Below, one piece after another: positions 48,865 through 57,884 of a stretch of 64,000 nucleotides of DNA (position 1 is its first letter; each line of letters begins with the position of its first letter). The translations under genes were made by a program, and so were the position numbers. The notes under the pieces were generated by a model. The model was not told the DNA's origin. It did not search any database and saw only the letters and a program-made list of their open reading frames with translations. This stretch comes from Staphylococcus phage Machias, in sequence record MW349128.1. One strand, written 5' to 3'.

Positions 48865-49378
48865 AAGAAACCTAAATATTAATAATATAATAAACGTAGA
48901 AGATTTAGATGTAAGAAGTCAAGTAGATATAGGTAATTATTTAATTTGTCAACCATTAATGAATAATGATTTAGATAAACCTTTAAGAAAACCTAACCTT
49001 TATGATAAAGTTATACTTAAATTCCATAATGGTAATCCTAAATTTCCTTATTACTATGATATGCATTTACCTAGAAAATATAAACCTGAAGAACCAATTA
49101 TTTCAAATAATAGAAATCTTAAAGGAAGTTATTACAGATTATTAATGTATAGGGAAGATAACATGAAAGGTAATGATGTTAATACAGTAGGTATCGCACT
49201 GACAGGTTTGGGGTATTCTGCTAATAAATACGATAGTGAAAACTATGTATTTGATAGAACTATGTTAAGTTCTTTATTACAGTTTCAGAGTGATAATAAT
49301 CTTAAACAAGATGGAGACGTTGGTCCTATTACATTTAATAAATTGATAGAGAAATATAATTCAATTAGTTATTGCTAA
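48710..49378 (+). CDS. peptidoglycan-binding-domain protein (putative cell-wall hydrolase or lysin)
   Basis: C-terminus VGIALTGLGYSANKYDSENYVFDRTMLSSLLQFQSDNNLKQDGDVGPITFNKL fits the PG_binding_1 pattern (G.LGY....DG.FG..T...V..FQ...GL..DG.VGP.T...L). AGGAG RBS upstream. Confidence 0.5.
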   Translation: MQYKESFKEFDFSRDFEAVVIDNTDFDEKYEVKLFVYELIMTKLQDSPRNIKRNLNINNIINVEDLDVRSQVDIGNYLICQPLMNNDLDKPLRKPNLYDKVILKFHNGNPKFPYYYDMHLPRKYKPEEPIISNNRNLKGSYYRLLMYREDNMKGNDVNTVGIALTGLGYSANKYDSENYVFDRTMLSSLLQFQSDNNLKQDGDVGPITFNKLIEKYNSISYC

Positions 49379-49403
49379 TTTTTAGAAAGAAGTGAAATAA
49401 AGA

Positions 49404-49988
49404 TTGTATTATGATATAAAACAAGATAGACGTAGAAGAAGTAATACATTTCAAACCCATGTAGTTATTACTCATATGAATAATTTAATACTTAAAGAAA
49501 ATAAGTTTAATGACAGAAATATATTAAAGGGATCTTACAAATATTCTTGGGGTAAAGTTCAGAATTATTTAATCAGACATGCTAATATAAGAGCTTTACC
49601 TATGCATTATTTCGTTGAATTGATAGACAAGGATTATGTAGTTATAGAAGCACTATCAGATTATAAACCTAGTTATTATTTACAAGAATTAGCAGATAAA
49701 GGTATCATACCTCAAAAATATAGAAATAGTATTCTAATAGCTATATCTGATGATTTTAGTTTATATAATCCTGACACTAGAATGTTTAAACATTTATCTG
49801 ATAAATTATTAATTCCTTTAGCTAAAAGACATAGACTTAGTTTTCATGAAATAAAATTAATAGATGAGATATATTCAGATGATTATATTGATAAACTCAA
49901 TACAAATCGTTTTGAAACTAAATCAATGATTAAATTTGATAAGCAAAGATTAAAAAATCAATTTAATATGTATAATGTAATGAAATAA
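49404..49988 (+). CDS. hypothetical protein
   Basis: 194-aa ORF. Confidence 0.5.
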   Translation: MYYDIKQDRRRRSNTFQTHVVITHMNNLILKENKFNDRNILKGSYKYSWGKVQNYLIRHANIRALPMHYFVELIDKDYVVIEALSDYKPSYYLQELADKGIIPQKYRNSILIAISDDFSLYNPDTRMFKHLSDKLLIPLAKRHRLSFHEIKLIDEIYSDDYIDKLNTNRFETKSMIKFDKQRLKNQFNMYNVMK

Positions 49989-50140
49989 ATTTATGATATA
50001 AATTAGTATTGTAACAAATTTTTATAGAAATTTATTTTTCTATAATTTATTCCTTTTTAAGTAATAAATTAGCGTATAGTTATAATGAAATTACTTATAC
50101 AAAGTTCTTTAATTTTATCCATATCCATTACTCCCTTATC

Positions 50141-50182
50141 CTAAAAATATATCCCAATACCTAAATTAATAGGTATTGGGAT
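50141..50182 (-). terminator. terminator downstream of the 50187-50900 gene
   Basis: ATCCCAATACCT/AGGTATTGGGAT 12-bp stem, with an A-run on the + strand giving a U-run for the - strand transcript. Confidence 0.6.
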
Positions 50183-50186
50183 TTTA

Positions 50187-50900
50187 TTATCCGAAAAATA
50201 ATTTTTTTCTATTAGAATTATAAATAGAGTTATTTTCCATTTTTTCAACTAATTCTCTTCTTTTTTCTCTAGCATCTCTTAAATCATCCATATTTAGATT
50301 TAATTCACCAAAAGTAGTTTGTAAATTTTGAAATCTACCTCTCATAGAGTATAATGACATTTGAACATCATATGAAGCTAATTCTAAAAAGTAATCATGC
50401 ATATTATTTGGTATTGAACCAAAATGTTTATCATGATAAGTATTTGCAATTATTAATAGATTAGTTGTACTCATAACAGATCCATTCATTATCTCTATTT
50501 TATTAGGATGAAGATATCTAAATGTAGATGGATTTAAATTAATAGCCATTAAATCTGCCATCATTTGAGAGTCAATAGGTGAACCCATCATAAAACCTGC
50601 ATAAGGACTCATACTACCAGCATACCCAGTTAAATTAGAAATATTGTTATTAGCACCAATCACTCTATTAATATTAACTATTGGATTTGGTGAATCAATA
50701 TAATAAACATTCTGAGTTCCTTCTACTTTATCTTCAGGCTTTACTATTATTCTTTCTTGTTTAGGATGAAATTTACTAAAAGTAGGAATTGTAAATCTTT
50801 CTACTGTTTTAATAATCTCATCAGGATTTAGTTCTAACTCATTAAACAGAAATCCTGTATCACGTTCTATATAATTAAGTACTTCTGTATTAGTTATCAT
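50187..50900 (-). CDS. hypothetical protein (morphogenesis-region gene)
   Basis: 237 aa, directly downstream of the protease gene, followed by a 12-bp-stem terminator. Confidence 0.5.
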   Translation of the reverse strand: MITNTEVLNYIERDTGFLFNELELNPDEIIKTVERFTIPTFSKFHPKQERIIVKPEDKVEGTQNVYYIDSPNPIVNINRVIGANNNISNLTGYAGSMSPYAGFMMGSPIDSQMMADLMAINLNPSTFRYLHPNKIEIMNGSVMSTTNLLIIANTYHDKHFGSIPNNMHDYFLELASYDVQMSLYSMRGRFQNLQTTFGELNLNMDDLRDAREKRRELVEKMENNSIYNSNRKKLFFG

Positions 50901-50923
50901 AAACTATATCACTTCCATACATA

Positions 50924-51252
50924 TTATTTAAAGTTTCTATAGAAATCATCAAGTCCATTAAGAACAGATTCTTCTAAGAAAACTTTAATAGTTTTATTAC
51001 TTTCTTTAATTGAAGCTAATTGAGATCCTTTATCGTAAATGATATTAGATTCATCAGCTTTATCAAATCCCATATCTTCAGCGATATATTTGATATTGTC
51101 TGAATTTTCTTTAATATAAGTTAAAACTTCTCTAGGAGAAAATTCTGTAACTTTACCGTTAGAAAACATATCAATTGATTCATTAACCATTTGTAAATCA
51201 CTAGTATTGTAATTATTATGATTCTCTGAAATTATATTTTGGATATAAGAAT
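50924..51252 (-). CDS. prohead protease (T4 gp21-like), exon 3
   Basis: The reading frame is open upstream of the annotated Met to about 51250 (IPSHQDSYIQNI...). It continues the protease past RLIC. Junctions are approximate. Confidence 0.45.
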
Positions 51253-51425
51253 CTTGATGTGATGGAATTACACGTTATCTTAACTATATGATTTTCATAT
51301 AGACGAGACTATATCTTCCTAATTTATATTAGGTAATATATTTAGTCGTTGAACGGAATTTAATCCGATGCTGATTATCTTAATAAAGATTTCCAGCAAT
51401 TAATATTATTTATACTAAGCAATAA
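51253..51425 (-). mobile_element. group I intron, copy 5 (minus orientation)
   Basis: Reverse-complement core elements: S AGACGAGACTATATC (51301), R TATTTAGTCGTTGAAC (51338), Q GATGCTGATT (51366), P CCAGCAATTAA (51393). Confidence 0.6.
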
Positions 51426-51624
51426 TTTTTTACCCAGTCATACGTACATCTTAGCTATATGGTTTCCATATAGACGAGACTATATCATACTCTTAGTAAG
51501 AGCGAATATATTTAGTCGTTGAACAACTTGTATTAAGTTGATGCTAATTGGCTTAATTAAACTTCTTAGCAATTAATATTCTTTTTCATTATATATCACT
51601 ATATAAAGCTGCTATAATTTAACA
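51426..51624 (-). mobile_element. group I intron, copy 4 (minus orientation)
   Basis: S (51471), R (51507), Q GATGCTAATT (51540), P CTTAGCAATTAATATT (51565). Its 5' leader TATAGTGATATATAATG matches copy 1. Confidence 0.6.
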
Positions 51625-51884
51625 GATTAATCTTAAAGGTTTAGTAACTTCTACTTCACCATTAGGTTTTCTTTCTATTTTACTAAAACCACGCATTGAG
51701 AAAGATACATCAGATTTTTGTCCAATTAAACCTTTCATATCCTTACCAGCTGATGTTTGAGCTGTTTCTACTTCTCCCATTAATTTATTACCATTCCACC
51801 AAGTTCTAGTGATAATATGAGAAATATTACGTTGATCAATATACATTTGACGTTTAGGTTCATCACTTAAAGGATGACCTGCAA
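51625..51884 (-). CDS. prohead protease (T4 gp21-like), exon 2
   Basis: AGHPLSDEPKRQMYIDQRNISHIITRTWWNGNKLMGEVE...DVSFSMRGFS resembles T4 gp21 ELNHP...HRITKLWWDGNTLMGEV...VSSRGMGS (catalytic His and Ser contexts). The gp21 comparison is from memory. Confidence 0.5.
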
Positions 51885-52033
51885 ATTATTATTCTTTATT
51901 ATTTTAATAAAGATTAGACTATATCATCTAGGTTATATATTTAGTCGTTGAACAACTTGTATTAAGTTGATGCTGATTACTTTAAATAAGATTTCAGCAA
52001 TTAATATAATTTAACGTGAGCCATTTTAACCTA
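51885..52033 (-). mobile_element. group I intron, copy 3 (minus orientation)
   Basis: S AGACTATATC (51915), R ATATTTAGTCGTTGAAC (51936), Q GATGCTGATT (51969), P TCAGCAATTAATA (51994). Confidence 0.6.
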
Positions 52034-52258
52034 AAACTCACCATAAAAAGTTCTTCTTGCTAATTTTTCTTGTACTACTGGACTATCTAAACCACTTTGG
52101 ATAACATCTTTACGATAAACACGACCATTACGGTTTTGTCTATCAGCTTCTTGTAACTCAGCAATGAATCTAACTGATTTATTATTATCTTGAACTACTT
52201 CTGGTTGAGAAGTTGTATTAGATTCATTAATAATGTAAGCTTTAATATCTTTAGACAT
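52034..52258 (-). CDS. prohead protease (T4 gp21-like), exon 1
   Basis: MSKDIKAY...NGRVYRKDVIQSGL...RRTFYGEF. The reading frame continues as AGHPL after the intron. Confidence 0.5.
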
Positions 52259-52345
52259 CTATTTATACTTCCTTTCAAATTTTGATTGTAAATTAAGAAT
52301 ATTTCTATGTTATTCTTCTGAATTTAACAATCTTTTATTAGATTA

Positions 52346-53383
52346 ATGAAATATATGATAGGAGGAAAATCTTTGAAAAGTTTTGAAGAAGTAAAAGATA
52401 TATTACTTAATATTAAAGAACAAACGGATGAAAATTCTTTTCCTAATGAAGCTTATGATTATTTAGTTGATATTGAGAAGTATGCTAATATTGATAGTTT
52501 TACGAATGATCAAATTAGAAAAATTGTAAAATATCTAGTAGGTATTAAAGATTCATTAGAAAGATACGAAATTGAAAATGAACAATCTGAAATGGCAATA
52601 AATATGGTTCTTCATAAAATAGAAACTCTTAAAGATAGATATAATACACTTTATATCAATAATCGTATTCCTAATAATGGTTATATTGATAGTTTATATA
52701 AAGAAGATTTTAGTTCAAATAAAAGTGCAGAATTTAATTTTAAACAATTAACTGTAGCTTTAGCTGAAAGTCCTGCTGGTTCTAAATTAGAAAGAAAAGC
52801 TGTTATTAACTTCTTAATGGAAGGTAGTATGAATTATCTTAATGAAGCTTATGATGATGACGATGATGAAGATTATCTTGATGGTCTTGATAGTAGCTTT
52901 GAAACCTCTAAAGAACCTAAAGTTGCTGAAAAGAATTTAAATAAATTAATTGGTTCTGTTAAGAAAGCTACTGCTTCATCTAAAAATATGGATGACAAAC
53001 AATTAGCTAAAGCAAATAGAATTCGTTTTGTAAGAGCTATTTTAACAGCAATAATCTTCTGTATTGGATTAGAAGTAAGTGCTGGTGTTATTGGTAAAGC
53101 TAAAACTGCTTTATTAGGATTATTGGTTGCTATTGTGTATAATAGTACTAAAAATAGTGAACTTAATAGATTAATTATTGTACTAGAAGAAAGAATTCAA
53201 TCATTAGAAAATAAAATCGATTCAACTGATAATGAACAAAAGAGAAAAGAATTAAGAATATTAAAATCAGACTTAGAAGGTCAATTGAAAAAAGCAAATT
53301 TCCAAAAGAAAGCTATAGATAAAACTAAAAATGCTATCTCTCGTGGAGATGTAAATGACAGTGGTAATGACTATGGATATTAA
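52346..53383 (+). CDS. hypothetical protein (scaffold or inner-body candidate by position)
   Basis: 345 aa, coiled-coil rich with a DDDDDEDY acidic patch and a central hydrophobic stretch. It lies upstream of the capsid gene. Confidence 0.5.
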   Translation: MKYMIGGKSLKSFEEVKDILLNIKEQTDENSFPNEAYDYLVDIEKYANIDSFTNDQIRKIVKYLVGIKDSLERYEIENEQSEMAINMVLHKIETLKDRYNTLYINNRIPNNGYIDSLYKEDFSSNKSAEFNFKQLTVALAESPAGSKLERKAVINFLMEGSMNYLNEAYDDDDDEDYLDGLDSSFETSKEPKVAEKNLNKLIGSVKKATASSKNMDDKQLAKANRIRFVRAILTAIIFCIGLEVSAGVIGKAKTALLGLLVAIVYNSTKNSELNRLIIVLEERIQSLENKIDSTDNEQKRKELRILKSDLEGQLKKANFQKKAIDKTKNAISRGDVNDSGNDYGY

Positions 53384-54044
53384 TAGAGATTTACTAACTG
53401 AATCAATAAATAAACTAATGAAACAAAATATTCTTAATGAAGCTGAAGGTGATGAAGATAATCAAGATCAGAATTCATTAGATGATACTGAATCAACTTC
53501 ATCAGAAGAAGAGAATAACGAAGAAACTGAAGAAGATAATTCTAATGATGATTCTAGTGATGATTCTACAGAAGATCAAGAAGAAAATGAAGATGAATTA
53601 GATAGTGATCCTGAACAACCTGAAGCTGAAGAAACTGACACAGATAATCCAGAAGAAACACCTGAAGAAACTCCAGAAGAAACACCTGAAGAACCCAAAG
53701 AAAGTAATTCAGATAAGTTTTTAAAATTACAAATATTTAATAAATTAGTTGAATTAAAAGATGTAATGGACAAATTTAACTACATTATTAATGACAGAAA
53801 TATGGAAAATTTTTCAGATTCAGAAAGAAACGATATGTTTGATATAACTGAATTAACTACAAAATCTCTTGATCAACTTAAAGATAATATAAATTTATTT
53901 AACAATAAATTTATAAATATTGTCGATGTAGATAAATCTGAGAAGTTATATAAAAAATTTGAAAATACTTACAAAGAAATATTTGACAATTATTTAAAAG
54001 AATACAATAAGTTAGAAAGTACAAAAAAGCGTAGTAAAAAGTAA
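53355..54044 (+). CDS. acidic scaffold-like protein
   Basis: 229 aa with an EETPEETPEETPEEP repeat. N-terminal half is highly acidic and C-terminal half is K-rich helical. Confidence 0.5.
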   Translation: MTVVMTMDINRDLLTESINKLMKQNILNEAEGDEDNQDQNSLDDTESTSSEEENNEETEEDNSNDDSSDDSTEDQEENEDELDSDPEQPEAEETDTDNPEETPEETPEETPEEPKESNSDKFLKLQIFNKLVELKDVMDKFNYIINDRNMENFSDSERNDMFDITELTTKSLDQLKDNINLFNNKFINIVDVDKSEKLYKKFENTYKEIFDNYLKEYNKLESTKKRSKK

Positions 54045-54228
54045 AATAAATGAATTTAATTACTTTTAATAATAGTTTTATTATTCTTTTTAAATTTAAT
54101 AACAATAACATATGAAAGTAAAAATACCCTTGAATATAATGGTTATTTTATTTCTTAACAAATTTATATAATAAAATTAATAATATAAAACTACACGCTA
54201 ATATATTTGAAAAGGAGCAGAAAAAATT

Positions 54229-55824
54229 ATGTTGAGTGCAAATAGAATTAAAGATGAATTCTCTAAACTCTTAGAGGATATCGAACAAAATATCAACGAA
54301 CAGTACAAATTAAGTACAGTTGGTAATGACTTCGCTTCAATTGCTACTGATGACGTAGTATTTGAAAGTTATAAAGATCAATTATTAGAAGGTTTTGATG
54401 AAGAGGAGCAGCTTTCTTTAGAAAGTATGTTAGATAATACTCGTGAAGAAATCTTATTAGAGTCTTCAATGGGACCTATCCAACCTTATGCTTCATTATC
54501 TATGCCTATCTTAGTTAAACTTTGGGCTCGTTTAGCTTTAACTGAAGCTTTACCAACTCAAGTTGCTAATAAACCACAATTCACAGTGCCAATCTTAACA
54601 CCTTACGTTGTAGATGCTGATGGAAACAAACATGCATTACCTGAATCAATTAATAACACACCTGAAACTTTAGTAGGATTAGTTCCTCTTAAAGAAGAAG
54701 TTACAATTTCTGGTGGTAAAGTTGAAGCTTACGATTTATTCGATGGCTTAAAAGAAGGTAAAGAAGTTCGTAAAGGCATTGATCGTGTTGACCGTAAATT
54801 CAAAGTTGTAGAAGCTAAATGGAGCGATTCTTTTGATGTACGTACAAACGAAAAAGGATTTGTTGAATTAGGTTCTCAAGTTATTAAAATGGAAAATGAC
54901 TCTCTAATGGCAGAAGTTAAATACCCTACAAATGGTGACGGTGAAGTTGCTGTTGATACAGTATTAGGTAAAGTTGACGTTTCTAACGGTACTTTAGCTT
55001 TAGCTTCAACTTCTGGTAAATTAGAAGCAATTAAAATTAAAGGTTATGTAGCTTCTGAACAACATACTTCAGCTACTAACATTGAGCTTGGTTTAGATCG
55101 TAAAGATATCACTATCGATACAGCTCAACACATCGAGGCTACAGTACCTCTTGAAGTAATTCAAGATATGAAAGCTACTTATGATATCGATGGAGTTGCT
55201 CGTTTATCTGAAACAATGTCTCAATTATCTAGTCAAAAAGTTGACTTAGATATCATTGAATTCTTAGATCACGAATACGAAGAAACTGATGCTAAATATC
55301 ACTTCAGCTTCGATGTTTATCCACATAGTGATTACAGTGCTCACCCTAAAGATTGGTTAGAAGGTCTACGTGAAGTAATTGACCATACTACACAATCAAT
55401 GAAAAATGATTACAAACTTTACGATGTACAATTCGTTATCGTAGGTAACCCAGTTGACGTTCGTTTAATCCCTAACGTTTCTTGGACATTTAATGGTGGT
55501 ACTGAAGATTCTTACTCTAACGGAATCAAAATTAACTATTCATTAGGTGCTGCTTCAGGTACTGCTAACTACCGTATTATCGGTTCTGACTTAGTTCGTC
55601 AAGGTGAATTGACTATTATTGCAATTCCTCAACAAGACAACTATAAAACATTCATGTTCTACCCTTACACATTCAACGTTGTAAATGGTGGAGGATACTT
55701 GAATACTCGTAACCCTAATGTTCCTAACATGATGATGACTCGTAGATATACAGTTGAATCATTTGTTCCGATCATTGGTCGTATTACAATCAAAAACAAC
55801 AACGGTTCAGTATACGCTCGTTAA
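54229..55824 (+). CDS. major capsid protein (T4 gp23-like, HK97 fold), putative
   Basis: 531 aa. Codon usage is strongly biased toward GGT, GCT, CGT and AAC, the most expression-biased gene in the window. Loose matches to gp23: PILVKLWARLALTEALPTQVANKPQFTVPILTPYV against VMGMVRRAIPNLIAFDICGVQPMNSPTGQVFAL, and a C-terminal ...YPY...TRRY pattern. A strong terminator follows. Confidence 0.5.
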   Translation: MLSANRIKDEFSKLLEDIEQNINEQYKLSTVGNDFASIATDDVVFESYKDQLLEGFDEEEQLSLESMLDNTREEILLESSMGPIQPYASLSMPILVKLWARLALTEALPTQVANKPQFTVPILTPYVVDADGNKHALPESINNTPETLVGLVPLKEEVTISGGKVEAYDLFDGLKEGKEVRKGIDRVDRKFKVVEAKWSDSFDVRTNEKGFVELGSQVIKMENDSLMAEVKYPTNGDGEVAVDTVLGKVDVSNGTLALASTSGKLEAIKIKGYVASEQHTSATNIELGLDRKDITIDTAQHIEATVPLEVIQDMKATYDIDGVARLSETMSQLSSQKVDLDIIEFLDHEYEETDAKYHFSFDVYPHSDYSAHPKDWLEGLREVIDHTTQSMKNDYKLYDVQFVIVGNPVDVRLIPNVSWTFNGGTEDSYSNGIKINYSLGAASGTANYRIIGSDLVRQGELTIIAIPQQDNYKTFMFYPYTFNVVNGGGYLNTRNPNVPNMMMTRRYTVESFVPIIGRITIKNNNGSVYAR

Positions 55825-55851
55825 GAGTAACTTTACTTTTGTTATTTATAT

Positions 55852-55888
55852 ACCCATACATCTCTCTGAGGTGTATGGGTTTATTTTA
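55852..55888 (+). terminator. terminator after the capsid gene
   Basis: ACCCATACA...TGTATGGGT stem followed by TTATTTTAT. Confidence 0.6.
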
Positions 55889-55908
55889 TAAAAAGAAAGG
55901 AAAATTAT

Positions 55909-57078
55909 ATGGTATCTTTAAAAGAAGAAATACAATTAAATAAAATAAATAAAATAATGAACATCAATGAAGATGCATTTAACTTTGGTAAAAATACTTC
56001 ATTACTAAAAGAAATAGATGAAGAATTTGATTCATTAATTAGTAAATATAATTTTGAAAAATCTGATTTTGATGTAATTGATAAGAATGAATACAATGAT
56101 ATTGCAAAAAGAATATCAGATATTGCTAAGAAATTATTTAACACTAATATGAAATTAAAATTTATTGAAGCCGATAAGCGTGGAAAAGATAAATTTAGAG
56201 TAGGTTCAGTAGCACATACATTAATTAAACCTGAAGATATTAGAAATATTACAGATGGAATCACTAAAATTGTTATTGAAGAAAAAAATGGTATTTACTA
56301 TTCTAAACCTAGAGAAATTGAAGTAAATATTGAATTATCTTCATTGAGATATTTTATAGAAAAGAAAGAATCAGGTCAAAAAGAATTTACTACTCTTAAT
56401 GGTAGAATGTATACCTTTTTATTATTACATGAAATAGGTCATAATTTATTTTTCCCTGTAGAAATTAATGTACTCTCTGGTGGTAAAACTCCTACATTCG
56501 AACTCAAATATAAAGATAATAAACCAGTTCAGTTTAAGTACACTAAAGAAATAGAAGCTGACACTAGAAGAAATAGAGTATTAGCAGCTCCTATGATTCT
56601 TGCAATGTCAACATTAGTAATGTGTTTAACTGCTGTATTTATAGGTGCTAGCATATCAATGGGTTCATTTATGGGAACAGGAATGTTACTAACAAGTGCA
56701 AGTTTCAATAGAAAAACTACTATGGATTATAATCTTTCAGAAAGATCTGCCAACCAATTACCTGCTCTTTATGGATATTCTGTAGAAATGGTTAAATTTT
56801 ATGATTTAGTGTATAAAGCATTTAGAATGAAATCTGAAAAAAGACCTAATAACTTAATAGCTAAAGCTATGAGAGGACTTTTATATCCTATGAGTGGTTT
56901 TATTAAAAGTTATAAAGATTATCCAACAGATTCAATTGATGCAGTTATTAAGACATTAAAATTTGAAATTAGTAACAATAATAATTCTAATGAAGTTAAA
57001 AAAGAACTCAAAAGACAATTAGATGAAATTCAAAGAATAATAAAATATTCTAATAGACTTAATACTAAGACAAGATAG
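55909..57078 (+). CDS. HExxH-motif protein with C-terminal TM region
   Basis: LLLHEIGHNLFFP zincin-like motif. TM helices LAAPMILAMSTLVMCLTAVFIGASISMGSFMGTGMLL. It sits between the capsid and terminase genes. Confidence 0.45.
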   Translation: MVSLKEEIQLNKINKIMNINEDAFNFGKNTSLLKEIDEEFDSLISKYNFEKSDFDVIDKNEYNDIAKRISDIAKKLFNTNMKLKFIEADKRGKDKFRVGSVAHTLIKPEDIRNITDGITKIVIEEKNGIYYSKPREIEVNIELSSLRYFIEKKESGQKEFTTLNGRMYTFLLLHEIGHNLFFPVEINVLSGGKTPTFELKYKDNKPVQFKYTKEIEADTRRNRVLAAPMILAMSTLVMCLTAVFIGASISMGSFMGTGMLLTSASFNRKTTMDYNLSERSANQLPALYGYSVEMVKFYDLVYKAFRMKSEKRPNNLIAKAMRGLLYPMSGFIKSYKDYPTDSIDAVIKTLKFEISNNNNSNEVKKELKRQLDEIQRIIKYSNRLNTKTR

Positions 57079-57092
57079 TAAGAAAGAAGTGA

Positions 57093-57737
57093 ATGAAGAC
57101 TATGGCTATAACAAAATTAAAGAAAAAAATTTATTACGATTATAAAACTAATAACGTAAGCTTTTTAAGAGTTGCTAAAGAACTTAAAGATAATAATATA
57201 CAAAATTATGGTCTACCATTAACTCTATATGATAAGAAATTAATTGGCGTTGATCCTTGGGATGAAGATTTAGATAATGAAATGAAAACTCGTGTTATTA
57301 GGGAAGCTAAACTTAATATATGGTTTTATTTAAGAGAAGTTATCAGAGTTCCAGTTCCAGGTGGTAAGGTAATGTATGAACTTCATAGAGGTAACTTAGC
57401 TATGACGTTTTGTATGCTGCATAATTTAGATACTGCAATAATGTTACCACGTCAGCACTATAAAACATATTCTGCAGTATGTTATTATTCATGGATTATG
57501 TTATTGGTAGGTAATAACTATACAATGTTATTTACACATAAATCATACTCGGACACTACTGAAAACCTTAAAAGATTAAAAAATCTATTCAAAGAGAAGT
57601 GTTTACCTGAATATGTATTAGCTAACTTTGGAGATAAAAATGATAGAGATAAAATTAATGAATTTTCTTTAGCAAGTAATAACAACACAATAAAAACAGT
57701 ATCACCTCCAACAAATGCTGAGAGTAAAATACGTGCT
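57093..57737 (+). CDS. terL: large terminase (T4 gp17-like), exon 1 (ATPase N-terminal part)
   Basis: Walker A-like LPRQHYKTYS against T4 SRQLGKT. IKTVSPPTNAESKIRA against T4 IGAYASSPDAVRGNSFA. The annotated stop at 57755 lies inside the intron leader. The exon end is approximate. Confidence 0.6.
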
Positions 57738-57884
57738 CTCATTAAACTCTATTAACTGCTGAAAAAGATACTAAACCAATCAGCATCAATCAAATTGATT
57801 GTTCAACGACTAAATATAGAGATAATTAATATTATAAGATATAGTCTAGTGTGTATGAATATCATACAATGTATTACGGCAAAC
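57738..57884 (+). mobile_element. group I intron, copy 6 (terL)
   Basis: P TTAACTGCTGAAAAAG (57752), Q AATCAGCATC (57778), R GTTCAACGACTAAATA (57801), S AAGATATAGTCTAG (57837). Confidence 0.6.

Noticed and set aside
57738-57755. Apparent stop codons ending terL exon 1 (57753-57755), the micro-exons (59203-59205, 59443-59445) and beta-prime exon 1 (2820-2822)
   Set aside because: These stops fall within the conserved 5' leaders of the group I introns and are removed by splicing. They are not genuine protein C-termini and do not make these pseudogenes.
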